From Eledone cirrhosa (taxonomy: Eukaryota): DNA of 64,000 nucleotides. The position numbers were made by a program, and so were the translations under genes. This document shows positions 1 through 11,668 of this stretch, piece by piece. Where the stretch lies: contig OZ024740.1 in NCBI GenBank assembly GCA_964016885.1, forward strand, positions 357,430,001 to 357,494,000, read 5' to 3'. Position 1 is the stretch's first letter. Every line of letters starts with the position of its first letter. The notes beneath the pieces were generated by a model. That model ran no database searches. It was given only the letters and a program-made list of their open reading frames with translations, and had not been told where the DNA came from.

Positions 1-167
1 GTAGACAATTCTGTCTGGTCCTCTGGGAGTTAGGTGAGAAAGGTGACTTGTGGCTTTGTGAAAGATAATATAATGCAATGTGAGGTCAGGTTGAGTATGT
101 ACATGGATCTCAGCTCTCTCACAACTATCCATTGGGTAGAGGAGGGAATAAAGTTGCCATTTGAGTT

Positions 168-665
168 TCATCATCATCATCAACATTTAACGTCCGTGTT
201 CCACGCTTGCATGGGTTTGGACGGGGGTTTTCCCACTTGAGGCAAGAGTGATTGTCTTGCTCGCATAGGACTGTCTGGCAGGTTTTCTACAGTTGGATGC
301 CCTTCCTAACACCAACCACATTTACAGTGTGGGGCTGGGAGGTTTTTACCGTGTTGCCTACACGGCCACATTACAGCGTGGACTGTGTTTTTTTGTCGTG
401 ACACCTACACGATCTCATTTGTTTCGGCCTGGATGGCGCGGCACCAACATAACTTTACATAGAAGGGGGCGGTGTGGATGGGGCGGGGGTGTATTTTGTT
501 AGAGATGCCTACTGACTGTAGTAGGTTTTACTTTGTATTTAGGTAAGGCGGGTCTTCTCTATTACTGAGTACCGCCAAAGGTCTCGGTCCAGTGACATTG
601 TCTTGGTGAGGTGTAAGTGTGTGAGGTCGGAGTTTATCAGCTCGTCCCAGGTTTTTCTGGGTCTG
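168..665 (-). mobile_element. 5'-truncated RTE-clade LINE (last ~40 codons, 3' UTR, (ATG)n tail)
   Basis: Near-identical to 1938-2455. Encodes ...RKTWDELINSD...KTRLT* and ends in GGACGTTAAA-(TGA)n. Confidence 0.9.
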
Positions 666-717
666 ATTATCATAAATCTTGATTATCATAAATTAATGAA
701 TACATAGGACAAAAAAG

Positions 718-875
718 GTGGAGGTGCATGGCTAGTGAAGGCGCATGGCTTAGAGGTTAGAGAATTGGGTTCACAATCGTGTGGTTGCAAGTTTGATTTG
801 CAGACTAGGCAATGCAGTATGTCTTTGAGCAAGACACATTATCTGATGTTGCACCTTCTGCCAGGAGTTACAACT
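718..875 (+). mobile_element. Degenerate tRNA-derived SINE with CORE-like segment
   Basis: GGAGGTGCATGGCT head, A/B-box remnants, and TGTCTTTGAGCAAGACAC shared with 10638-11021. Confidence 0.7.
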
Positions 876-1084
876 GGTAGATAGTATCAGCAATGGAAAG
901 ACAAATGGAAACTTTGTTTCCTTGGTTTGATTTGACGAGTTTAACCTCACTTGGTAAGCGAATGAAGTCTGGGGTCTCGTCAATTGATTCCACTACAATA
1001 CAGCTCTGTTCATATTGCTAGTCTATTCTGGCTCCTATCTACCTCACACATCTGTCTATATTGCTGATCTAATCTATCCCCTAT

Positions 1085-1225
1085 GCATGGCTGGGTCGTC
1101 GGCGACCAAACCAGCAACCCCACCAATCTTGCTTGGTCAGGAGGTAATTTTGAACACTCTGCGGGATGAAAAACAAAACCTGTCAAAGGGCAGAGGAGCT
1201 CAGGAGAGTTAACGGCCATCCAACA
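1085..1225 (+). repeat. Fragment of RTE 5'-UTR-like repeat
   Basis: Reverse-complement similarity to 48030-48165 and 48540-48680. Confidence 0.6.
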
Positions 1226-1937
1226 ATTTTTTTGTGGAGCGAGAGACTCCTAGTCATCATTAAAACATCTCTTTTGGTCACTCTGATGAAAAACGTGCGA
1301 GTTTGTTTGTACCCAATGATATAAACCAATTCTTCTTTTGGGGTAAATGCATTCTATGTTCAGAGAGAGGGATTGGCCCTGAGCAAAGCCTTTCCTCACT
1401 TAAAAAAGCTTCAAGCACAGGCATCACTTGATGTGACATTTTTTGCGATACATGGTATTGTTGGCCATATGTAAGTCCCTAGCAGGACTCAAAGCCACGT
1501 CCGTGATGTTCATGCTTAAGTATCAAGCGATGGCATTACTCAAAATCAAGTTGCAGCCATCATATCATCATCATCGTTTAACGTCTATCCTCCACGCTAG
1601 CATGGGTTTATATATGTGTGTGTGTGTGTCCATGTATATACACATGTAGTGGCCAACAGCCATGTCCATATGTATCCATCTTTGGATGAGGATCAGATCA
1701 GATGGCATTAGGAAGGGCATCCAGCCATAGAAACCAAGCCAAAATCAGTTCTGTGTGAGTAAAATTTAGTCCTTCAACCTGGATCTCTCACAACAGGACA
1801 GCCCATCCTACCCATGTTAGCGTGGAAAATGGATGTTAAACGATGATGGTGTGTTTGTGTGTGTGCATTTATATAGTGTCTGAAACACAAAGACTCTCTA
1901 TATCAAGTGTTAAAGTAATATATTTCTTCTTTGCATT

Positions 1938-4719
1938 TCATCATCATCATCATCATCAGCGTTTAACGTCCGTGTTCCACGCTTGCATGGGTTTGGACGG
2001 GGGTAGTCCCACTTGAGGCAAGAGTGATTGTCTTGCTCGCATAGGACTGTCTGGCAGGTTTTCTACAGTTGGATGCCCTTCCTAACACCAACCACATTTA
2101 CAGTGTGGGTCTGGGAGGTTTTTACCGTGTTGCCTACACGGCCACATTACAGCGTGGACTGTGTGTTTTTTTGTCGTGACACCTACACGATCTCATTTGT
2201 TTCGGCCTCGATGGCGCGGCACCAACATAACTTTACATAGAACGGGGGGGTGTGGATCGGGTGGGGGTGGTGGGACGGGGTGTATTTGTTAGAGATGCCT
2301 ACTGGCTGGAGTAGGTTTTACTATATATTTAGGTAAGGCGGGTCTTCTCTGTTACTGAGTACCGCCAAAGGTCTCGGTCCAGTGACATTGTCTTGGAGAG
2401 GTGTAAGTGTGTGATGTCGGAGTTTATCAGCTCGTCCCAGGTTTTTCTAGGTCTGCCTATTCCGTGACTACCGTCTATCTTTATTGCCCTGCACTTTGTT
2501 ATACAGCTATCGACTTTCATGCGCATCACGTGTCCATACCAACGTAGCCTTCTCTCGAGTAAACAACATCTGATCCCTCTTATCTCTAATTTATTCCTTA
2601 GTTCGTTTATGCTTTGCCGTTCACGTATATTACTGTTACACATCCAGCGGAGCATGCAAGCTTCGTTCCTCTCTAGTCTGCGTATATCCTCTGCACACAA
2701 TGCCCAGGTCTCACTGCCATGCAGCATTGCTGTTCGTATGCAGGCATCGTACAACCTGCCTTTCATTTTTAGTGAGAACCCTTTAGCAGCTAATAGTGGT
2801 ATAAGCTCTCTGAACTTTTTCCAACCAGTTCTGACTCTAGCTACAGTACTTTCAGAGCACCCTCCCCCACTGCTGATTTTATCGCCCAGGTAACGGAAGC
2901 TGTCCACTATTTCTATAGAACCCTCTGCGCAATTGAAAGAGCTAGTAGTTTGTGGGCACTTGCTGCTACTTATTGCACCAGAGCACCGGCCACATGTAAA
3001 ATCTATGTTCTTAGTTAGCCTACCTGTGATCCCACTACATCTTTTATGCACCCATACTTTGCATTTAGGACATAAAATGGAGTTTCTACCTACGCCTTTC
3101 CTACACACCGAGCACGACCATTTCCCAGAAGGGACCGCCGCCTTGTTTTCTTTCCTACAAACTAGTACTTTGGTCTTAGCCAGGTTAATTTTAAGTCCTT
3201 TTGACTCTAGGCCGTGCTTCCATGTTTGGAATTTCTTCTCTAGCTCGGCCATTGATTCCGCTATGAGTGTCAGGTCGTCTGCGTATAGGAGTTCCCATGG
3301 GCAGCCTGTCTTGAACTCCTCTGTTATGGCCTGAAGGGCAATAATAAATAGTAGTGGACTGAGAACAGAGCCCTGATGGACGCCGACTTTTACGCTAAAC
3401 TCTTCACTATATTCGTTGTTAATTCTAACCTTGCTGACTGTTTCTTTATACATGGCTTGTATAGCCCTCACAAGCCATTCGTCAACGCCTAGTTTTCTAA
3501 GAGCCCACCAGATAATGGAGCGGGGGACTCTGTCGAAGGCTTTCTCCAAGTCGACAAAAGCTAAGTAGAGGGGTTTACCTTTAGCTAGGTACTTCTCTTG
3601 TAGTTGTCGTACTATGAAAAGAGCGTCTGTGGTACTTTTGCCTGACACAAACCCGAACTGCATTTCATCTAGGTCAATTCTCTCTCTGATTAGCTGCGCT
3701 ATTACTCTTTCCGTGACCTTCATGACCTGGTCGATTAATTTAATGCCTCTATAGTTACTCCTATCTAGGGCGTCTCCTTTACCCTTATAACAGTTAACGA
3801 TGATGCTGCTATGCCAGTCCTTCGGAACAACCCCGTTTTGTACGACTTGGTTAACTATGCGGGTGACCATGGTGTGTCCCACCGTGCCAGATGCCTTCAG
3901 CATCTCAGCAACTATTTCCGAAGGCCCAGCCGCCTTACCAGTCTTCATATCCTTGATTGCCTTACTTATTATACTCCCCTCGACTAACACTAACACTGCT
4001 GGTCCCTCTATTGGGTCGATATGGGGGAGACTGCCTTTCTCCCAATTATTCTCCTCATTTAGAAGCCTTTCATAGTGACACTTCCAAGCTACCTTCTTAT
4101 CAGCGTCGGTGATGGCAAGTGTGCCATCGTCGTTTAGTACACACTTCTCCCCGACAATATCACGGTTTTCCTTGACGCATTGCCTAGCAATCCTGAACAC
4201 CTCACGTTTTTGGTCATCGCGTTGTAGAACATGCTTGAACTTTCTTTCCTCAGCTTCCCTTCTTGCTAAGTACACTTGTCTCCTAGCTTCCCTCCTGGCC
4301 ACTTGATAGTCCTCTCTACTTCCCCCATCCCGCCATACTTTCCAAGCCTGCTTTTTGGCCTTAATTGACCCCTCCACCTTACTGTTCCACCACCATGTTA
4401 CTCTCCTCCTGCCTACAGGCCTGCTCCAGCCACAGACCTCGTCTGTCGCCAACAGCAGGTTTGCTTTCAGAAATTCCCACTCTCCCTCTATATTGTCCGA
4501 CTCTAAATGTTCTTCCTTACTGTCGAAAGCATCAAGTAATATGCTTTGAAATTTATTCCTGGCTGTGGGGTCCTTTAACTTCCATATTTTCCTCCTGAGG
4601 ATAGTCCTCTTCTGTTGTCGAGTACGTCTCGTCCTGACTATGAGGTCGCTAATTATCAGTCTATGTTGGGAGTTGCATTCTTCATGGGGGAGGGATTTAG
4701 TGTTAACAACAGACAACAC
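1938..4719 (-). mobile_element. RTE-clade LINE, 5'-truncated within the endonuclease, with ~390 bp 3' UTR and (ATG)n tail
   Basis: Uninterrupted 796-aa ORF, 3' UTR shared with three other copies, CAT-repeat tail at 1938-1957. Confidence 0.95.
2329..4719 (-). CDS. RTE LINE ORF: C-terminal APE remnant, reverse transcriptase, PHD-like Cys/His finger, RTE C-terminus
   Basis: SQHRLII (APE end), NYRGIKL, QFGF, FVDLEKAFD, GVHQGSVLSP, LLYADD; CxxC..CxxC..H..C..CxxC; RRLRWYGHV, GRPRKTW. The N-terminus is truncated, so the listed start is not the true start. Confidence 0.93.
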   Translation of the reverse strand: MLSVVNTKSLPHEECNSQHRLIISDLIVRTRRTRQQKRTILRRKIWKLKDPTARNKFQSILLDAFDSKEEHLESDNIEGEWEFLKANLLLATDEVCGWSRPVGRRRVTWWWNSKVEGSIKAKKQAWKVWRDGGSREDYQVARREARRQVYLARREAEERKFKHVLQRDDQKREVFRIARQCVKENRDIVGEKCVLNDDGTLAITDADKKVAWKCHYERLLNEENNWEKGSLPHIDPIEGPAVLVLVEGSIISKAIKDMKTGKAAGPSEIVAEMLKASGTVGHTMVTRIVNQVVQNGVVPKDWHSSIIVNCYKGKGDALDRSNYRGIKLIDQVMKVTERVIAQLIRERIDLDEMQFGFVSGKSTTDALFIVRQLQEKYLAKGKPLYLAFVDLEKAFDRVPRSIIWWALRKLGVDEWLVRAIQAMYKETVSKVRINNEYSEEFSVKVGVHQGSVLSPLLFIIALQAITEEFKTGCPWELLYADDLTLIAESMAELEKKFQTWKHGLESKGLKINLAKTKVLVCRKENKAAVPSGKWSCSVCRKGVGRNSILCPKCKVWVHKRCSGITGRLTKNIDFTCGRCSGAISSSKCPQTTSSFNCAEGSIEIVDSFRYLGDKISSGGGCSESTVARVRTGWKKFRELIPLLAAKGFSLKMKGRLYDACIRTAMLHGSETWALCAEDIRRLERNEACMLRWMCNSNIRERQSINELRNKLEIRGIRCCLLERRLRWYGHVMRMKVDSCITKCRAIKIDGSHGIGRPRKTWDELINSDITHLHLSKTMSLDRDLWRYSVTEKTRLT

Positions 4720-4884
4720 ACATTATTCTTGCTAGCAGGGAAAACAAATATTAAATCATGATGATGACAATGATGATATATACATATATAGATAGATATA
4801 CATATATATATGTATGTATATATATAAATATATTTAGGGAGAGAGAGTGAGAAAATATGAATTAAAGGTAATAAAAGAACTTAC

Positions 4885-4980
4885 TTTCCAGCTGTTATGT
4901 GAAAATTGCCTGCAACCCGGTTGACATTTAGTGAACCATGAATACGGCAGGCATCAGGTGGTGTATCTCGTTTAAACCCA
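4885..4980 (-). CDS. ERGIC2: ERGIC2 coding exon 5 (96 nt)
   Basis: ttttag|TGGGTTT...GGAAA|gtaagt. Translates GFKRDTPPDACRIHGSLNVNRVAGNFHITAGK, matching the Erv41/ERGIC2 motif ACRIHG.L.VN.VAGNFHIT.GK. In phase with the previous exon. Confidence 0.95.
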
Positions 4981-5421
4981 CTAAAACAAAATACAATATA
5001 TGGGTAAATGTGCCTATACTAATCATCAACATTATTTCTAACAAAGGCACAAGGTACAAAAGAGTAAACAAATTCCAATTAACATTGTATATTAGTTGTA
5101 TTTATTTTGCCGACTTCCAAAATTGAACTCAGAAAATAATGAGCTTGCAAGACACAAAATTCAGTGTTCAACCAATGCAGCCATCCACTAGCCTTGAATT
5201 GATATTAGAATATATAATGACGATTTAGTTAGTATTTATTTTATCAATTCAGAAAGCATGTAATACTAAATGAGCAGCATTAGGATTTGAACTCAGAATG
5301 TAAAGAGAAAATGTGATTAGAGACATTGAGACATTTAGTTCAGCACATTACAATTTCTATCACACCAACCATAAAATAATAACAACTTATAATTAATTAA
5401 CAAGGGAGACTTTATGCAGCC

Positions 5422-6026
5422 ATTAGCCCTTTCATTAACATATTTCTGATGAAATACACTGCCCATGGTTTATAAGTCATTTTGAAAATAATCAATAATT
5501 TAAAGAAATTTAGTAATATAAATAACTTTCTCATTATCCAGCTGGTGGTTTGTAATGTAACAAAGATTCATCATCATCATCATCATCATTTCATTTTACG
5601 TCCGCTTTTTCCCTGCTTGCAAGGGTGGGACGGGAACTGATGCTGGCTTGATTTCTACAGCTGGATGCCCTTCCTAACACCAACCTCATTTACAGTGAGT
5701 GTTGGGTGCTTTTTTGCCGTGGCACCTCCACGACCACTTTGCAGTGGAATGATATGGATCCCAGTCCCTATCATCTCATTTCTACAGCTGAGTAAACTGG
5801 AGCAATGTGAAATAAAGTGTCTTGCTCAAGGAAACAACACATCACCAGGTCTGAGAATTGAACTCACAACCTTTCGATTGCAAGGCCAATGCTCTAACCA
5901 CTAAGCCATGTGCCTCCATAAAATTATGATGGAAGGCTTTTAGATAAATTTAAACACTTTAAAATATACAGTTTTATATCACAGAACCAGGGGTGGTTTC
6001 AAGCAGTTTGGTATCAAAAAAGTTAA
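5422..6026. mobile_element. Degenerate piggyBac-like MITE interrupted by a SINE
   Basis: TTA(G)CCCTTT...AAAAGTTAA ends. Similar to 31679-31934, 49860-50096, 50510-50748 and 51970-52227. Confidence 0.55.
5568..5917 (-). mobile_element. tRNA-derived SINE with CORE-like body and RTE-type tail
   Basis: Reverse complement of 10638-11021 with one fewer internal subrepeat; (ATG)n tail. Confidence 0.88.
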
Positions 6027-6340
6027 ATCTGCTCAAAATAATGAGAAGATCATGACTGGAATGTGTTTTGTTATTTATTTGATCGTGGCTGACCTGGGCC
6101 TAAACCACATAATGATTTATAACTCAGGCACAAGGGCAATAATTTTGTGGGAGGAAGGGGGAAAACAGTTGGTTAAATTTACCCCAGTATTTGACTTGTA
6201 CTTATATTATTGTCCCCAGAATGATGACAGGCAAAGTTGACACTGATAGGATTTGAAATCGTAATGCAAGTAGTTAAATCGTGGCGTTTAGCTCACGCAC
6301 TCCACTATTCTAACTACAATAATTCATAAGATATACATAC

Positions 6341-6560
6341 GCTTCTGGCATGGCAGCAGCAAGAGATGATATCCCAGATGTAAGCCACAAAACCTCCTGG
6401 ATAGCATGATAATCTTCTCTTAAATATTGATTAAATTCCTGAAGCATAGTATGGTAATGTTGTTGCTGTGGTGTGAGATCAAAGTAGGCATCATCTTGCT
6501 GTAACTGACCAAAAGCTTGAACATCTTGACCAGTGATGTCTAAACAATCAGCTCCAACAC
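6341..6560 (-). CDS. ERGIC2: ERGIC2 coding exon 4 (220 nt)
   Basis: ttctag|GTGTTGGA...GAAGC|gtatgt. Translates VGADCLDITGQDVQAFGQLQQDDAYFDLTPQQQ...LREDYHAIQEVLW...MPE (cf. VGADVLD...FDLSPQQ). Phases 1 and 2 are consistent with neighbouring exons. Confidence 0.95.
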
Positions 6561-7097
6561 CTAGAAGATAAAATAAATCAGTAATAATTCAGAGGAACGT
6601 TATGGTCGTGGTTATAATAAAAATCTTAATAACTTTGAGCAAAAAAGGAGTGCAATTGCTCGAATTAATAGTACGACAGTGTAACCAGTTTTATATCCCA
6701 CCCTAACCCACTCTGTATCATATATATAAATAAGATACTCAACTATCTGTGTCTTAGTCCACATAGTTATCAGAAAAAAAAAGATCAATCTGACTAGCTT
6801 CAGTTATTTCTGGCTTCAGAGAGAATATTTGCTTATAACTATTTATAATATATGCACACTCAGACAGAATTGAATTGGTTTGTCTAATTTGCATAGCAGT
6901 GCAAAAGCCGGCCATGTAAATTAATTAATTAAAGTGTTACATAACAATATAATTAGAAATGTAGAATAAGGTAAATTTATAATAATGAAAATTATTTTGT
7001 ACTGTGCTCAGGTGCACTGCAACTCATCAAAAGTGCATGTATAGTACACAGAATAATGTACAAAAGTCAGGAAAGTGAACAGTGTATGAGACATGAT

Positions 7098-7537
<440 letters not shown>

Positions 7538-8074
7538 ACACACACATATATATAACCTATGCTAGCCTAGAAAAATGGATGTAAAATGGTGATGATGATA
7601 AATATTGGTTTACAAAGCTAGTCAAAAGGAATCAGTGCAGCTCCAGCCATCTCTTACTTAATGATATAATAAGCTTTGTACATTAGAAACACAACCCCAT
7701 TACTCAGACTGCACACAAACATTAATCAGTAAGTTAAATGACTTTGTGTGGGTAATGATATTTGTATATCTTATATACCTGAATTGATAAGCAGTTTCTC
7801 TACTCCAGTCTGTCAACAATAGTTCCAACTGGAACCATTATTTACAGTAATTAGGCAATATCTGTAGACATTACATAATTAGGTGCTGGATGTAGTTCTT
7901 CAGCAAGTGAAAACTTTCCAAGAATGGAAAAGTTTATTTAGATGGCTCATACAAGTCTAGTCGCAACCATCACAAGTGTAACAGTTCTAGGCCTGTAGTG
8001 ACACATGACTGCTCCCAAAGAGGAGGGCAGTCAAACTGACCACTGTTAGGGAACACATTGGCAGCAAATATATA

Positions 8075-8151
8075 TAGGGTGTCCCCAAAAAGTATATACA
8101 CTTTTATTAGGATGCTGTTAAAATGTGTACACATTTTTGGGGGACACCCTG
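8075..8151. mobile_element. ~77 bp Tc1/mariner-type MITE
   Basis: TIRs (C/T)AGGGTGTCCCCAAAAA..T.TACAC / GTGTACACATTTTTGGGGGACACCCTG, flanked by TA. Confidence 0.8.
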
Positions 8152-8306
8152 TATATATACACAATGGGCTTTTGGACAGTCTCTGTCTACTAAATTCAAC
8201 TCACAATGTATTTGTCAATTCAATAGTAAACCAAGGTGCTAAAATATGTGATCAAACCCCAAATCACATGGTTGCAAATCACATTTGCCTGCACCTATTA
8301 ACTTTA

Positions 8307-8941
8307 TCTATATATATAAAGCTGTGGTTGTCTGTCTGTCTATCGATTTTTGGCACACATCTCCTCTTAGAATCTCTGATGGAATTGCACCGAAATTGCT
8401 ATACTTGTACATTGAGCCCTAGCGAAGACATCGGAAAAAAAATATTTCAAATTGACCCACCCTATGTGACGAAATCGAATCTAATGTATCGATTTTTGAG
8501 CGTAAGTGACGAGTTATTTCCCTTTGTTCTGTTTACATTTTCTGCGTGCAAAAATTAAAAAAATTACGCTGGCTTTCTCAGCGTTTAAAAGGACATTAAC
8601 ACAATACACGAACAGTTGTCGAGCCAGCAAAATTTTGACCTGCAAAATTCATCAGTTCAAACACTAAGCTTCTGTTTTGCTTCATTTCCATTTAAAAGCC
8701 TTTTAAAACAATATTTTTACTTGAAAACAAGTCTATTTAAAGACTACGTAAAACAAGCAAATATTTTGTAAAAAAAAGCAAAATTTATATAAGTTTATTT
8801 AAAATATATGTATCTGTAAATTTCGTTAGGCGTGCAGACAGACAATCGTGCAGACAGACTTTAAGCCAAAAAAGAAACTTAACATTGTAACTTTAACACA
8901 GCTACTGAGCGACCCCGAGCAACGCCGGGCTTTACTGCTAG
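8307..8941 (+). mobile_element. Non-autonomous Helitron
   Basis: A|TCTATATATATAAAGC 5' end, (GTCT)n, 3' hairpin CCCGAGCAACGCCGGG about 11 nt before terminal CTAG|T, inserted in an AT dinucleotide without TSD. Confidence 0.88.
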
Positions 8942-9244
8942 TTCACATTAAAAGAATACTGAGCTGATACTTTAAAGTTGTCCATGTACAATAAACGCAT
9001 GGGGTATCACTTGTTTCATGGGATTCTGTATATATTTAAAATATGTTAAAATATGTTGGTTGCTTGTTGAATGCGTTGCAATAATCGCATAGGAAGTATA
9101 ATACTAGCAGTTTAAAACATTTGTCACCATATTTCTTAAAATAATATACTGCCTTTGTGTTTCACATATCAGAGTAATCAATAACTATAAGAGGTTTAGT
9201 GAAGTAACTTTCAGTTTAATGATTAGAGACTATTATTTATCTAC

Positions 9245-9430
9245 TGGATTGGCAGTATCGGTAGAGGGTCGGACGCCATGCTTTCCAGCATAGTTACGTC
9301 CCTTTACGATCTGAGTTCAAATCCCGCCGAGGTTGACTTTGCCTTTCATACTTACGGGGTTGATAAAATAAAGTACCAGTAATGCACTGGGTAATTGCTG
9401 GCCTTGTGCCTAAAGTAGAAACAATTATTT
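9245..9430 (+). mobile_element. tRNA-derived SINE, second family (Meta-domain-like body)
   Basis: GAGTTCAAATCCCGCCGAGGTTGACTTTGCCTTTCAT...GATAAAATAAAGTACCAG. Many other copies (15280-15710, 15975-16440, 17300-17412, 17645-17757, 42430-42617, 56640-56800, 63790-63890). Confidence 0.82.
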
Positions 9431-9495
9431 ATCTACTGAAATCTAATATCATCTAGTATTTAGATAAATCTAATGAATAGAGAATCACAACTTAC

Positions 9496-9542
9496 TAGGG
9501 CATCTCATTGCCACTGTAATGTCAACATTGATTTGGAGAGAG
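9496..9542 (-). CDS. ERGIC2: ERGIC2 coding exon 3 (47 nt)
   Basis: tttttttcag|CTCTCTC...CCCTA|gtaagt. Translates SLQINVDITVAMRCP (cf. KLRINIDITVAMKC). Confidence 0.95.
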
Positions 9543-9819
9543 CTGAAAAAAAAAGTAGCAGGAGCAAAAATAAAATCCATGAAGTCAATAATAAATAATT
9601 CATGAGGAATCTTTTTTTTTTCAAACATAAAAAGTTAATGGTAAAAATCAAAACATAAATTAACCAAGGAAAACTTAGGAGCAGTTAGATTTTAATAAAT
9701 GAAACCTCATTGAATTGATAGTGTACAATAGTAGAGTTGCATTTCTGATATTCCAGTATAGCAACATAAAAAAAAAATGCATGTTGCTGATTATGATGAC
9801 AATGATAGCAACAATATGA

Positions 9820-10280
9820 TCATCATTATATTTATATTCATATTTCTATATTTGCATGGGTCGGACGAGTCTTCTCTGTGTTTTGCTATTTGTTGGTGCA
9901 TTGTTATCTCTTTCGTGAGGTTCAACCTTTCATGATCAGCTTTTACTACATGCTCAAATGCGTTCCTTGCTCTTATTCTTCCACATGATCATTCCACTTG
10001 AATCATTTAGCACTGTCATCTTCCATATACATGTCTATAACAACAGTCTCCTCTTGTACATTATATTTCATTCCTTTTAAACCTAGTTTTTCTCTAAGCT
10101 GGTGTGATTGGTCAGTTATGCATGCTAATATTAAGCATCCAGTAGAGCATCCTCCCCTGATTTCTTCACAACCTTCACACTTCCTCTGAATTTATTAACC
10201 ATGTTTCACTACTACACAGCATCACATTTTACACAGAGGCATCATACAATCTACCATTTATTTGAAGAGAGAGTCTTGAC
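9820..10280 (-). mobile_element. Old degenerate RTE LINE 3' fragment
   Basis: Decayed homology to the RTE C-terminus (GRLYDASV..VM..SETW...GRIRARN) and TTGCATGGGTCGGACG tail. Confidence 0.6.
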
Positions 10281-10349
10281 ATTTTTCATTCCATCACCAT
10301 TTTTATGACACTATATGAAAACAAACATCTTTAAAAGGTAACTAAATCT

Positions 10350-10560
10350 TGTTCTTCGCCCACTTATTCCTGAGAGGGTCGTGGGGCAAAGTCCACAAAC
10401 ACTCCCTCCAGTGGGTCCTGTTAGAAGCAACTGATCCAGCAGGATCCCCTAGTGTGACCAGCCAAGCTTATGGATGTTATCCAACCATCTTGCTCAGGGT
10501 CTACCCCTGGGTCTCATAGCTGTTGGTTATGGCTGTAAAATCTGCCCAGGGATTCTTTCC
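10350..10560 (-). mobile_element. RTE-type 3' fragment (different family)
   Basis: Minus frame reads RPRGRP*ARWLDNI...VASNRTHWRE. Confidence 0.55.
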
Positions 10561-10637
10561 TGAGAATTCTAACCAGAGTAACTAAATGATGACTCATTAA
10601 TTATCACAAAAGGTGGTTTTAATTTGATTAACAATTT

Positions 10638-11021
10638 GGAGGCACATGGCTTAGTGGTTAGAGCATTGGCCTTGCAATCAAAAGGTTATGAGTTCAATTC
10701 TCAGACCGGGTGATGTGTTGTTTCCTTGAGCAAGACACTTTATTTCACATTGCTCCAGTTTACTCAGCTGTAGAAATGAGATGATAGGGACTGGGGTCCC
10801 TATCATTCCACTGCAAAGTGGTTGTGGAGGTGCCACGGCAAAAAAAGCACCCAGCCCACACTGTAAAGTGGACGTGTAGGCGCCACAGAAAAAAGCATCC
10901 AGCACTCACTGAAAATGAGGTTGGTGTTAGGAAGGGCATCCAGCTGTAGAAATCAAGCCAGAATCAGTTCCCGTCCCACCCTTGCAAGCAGGGAAAAGTG
11001 GACGTAAAATGATGATGATGA
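10638..11021 (+). mobile_element. Full-length tRNA-derived SINE: head, CORE-like segment, subrepeats, RTE tail
   Basis: A box TGGCTTAGTGG, B box GAGTTCAATTC. The 3' end CCCGTCCCACCCTTGCAAGCAGGGAAAAG(T/C)GGACGTAAAATGATGATG is shared with the LINE at 46035-46630. Confidence 0.9.
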
Positions 11022-11668
11022 TTTAAGGGTCGAGAAGACTCTTTAGTTGTATCAAAAGCATAACAAGCTCTCTAGAGCTGGCTCCAGAATAAAATGCATC
11101 TGGTGTACTCTATAGAGTATTGGAATGTATGTAAGCATGGTGCAATGTGCCTACCCCAACATATCCAACCCTTGCTAGCAGAAAAGAATTATGTTAAATG
11201 ACAATGTTGCTGATGATGATGATGTTATGTTCCCAGCAAGCCAAATCTGTGACATAGTTTTGATACCTGGCTAAACCATTTCACTTCACTTATTCATATC
11301 AGCAATTTCTGGCTATAATCAAAGACTTGAAGAGAGTTGGACTCTATGATAATTGGCTGTGGACAGATTATATGAAGACAGTCTTTACTAGTGACCGAAT
11401 GAACCAGTGTAACATACCTTATTTATAACCCATCTTTAAGTATGACCAATTCCATGCCAATTAGCAGTTCAGTAAGGGCTGGTTGGAGGTTTTTCAATAA
11501 TACTCATGTCTGAGTATTCATTTAATTAACAGTAGAAAAATTGATGTAAAAACAATTTAATAGAAAAAGAAAAAAAAAAAATTTGAGATTGAGAAGAATG
11601 GAATGTAAAATAAGAAAATAAAATAAAAACGGAAGAATGGAGAGGGTGAGGGAGATTGGGCTCTGGGC

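Noticed and set aside
1-1930. Next ERGIC2 exon (..PRGHAHL..)
   Set aside because: Not found by eye. It presumably lies left of the window.
2519-4598. Plus-strand ORFs overlapping the RTE ORF
   Set aside because: Antisense shadows of a coding retroelement, with no independent motifs.
7779-7861. Cryptic 83-nt poison exon in ERGIC2 intron
   Set aside because: AG/GT are present but the pyrimidine tract is poor, and there is no other support.
10638-10710. tRNA gene
   Set aside because: A/B boxes are present but there is no acceptor stem, and it continues into a SINE body.
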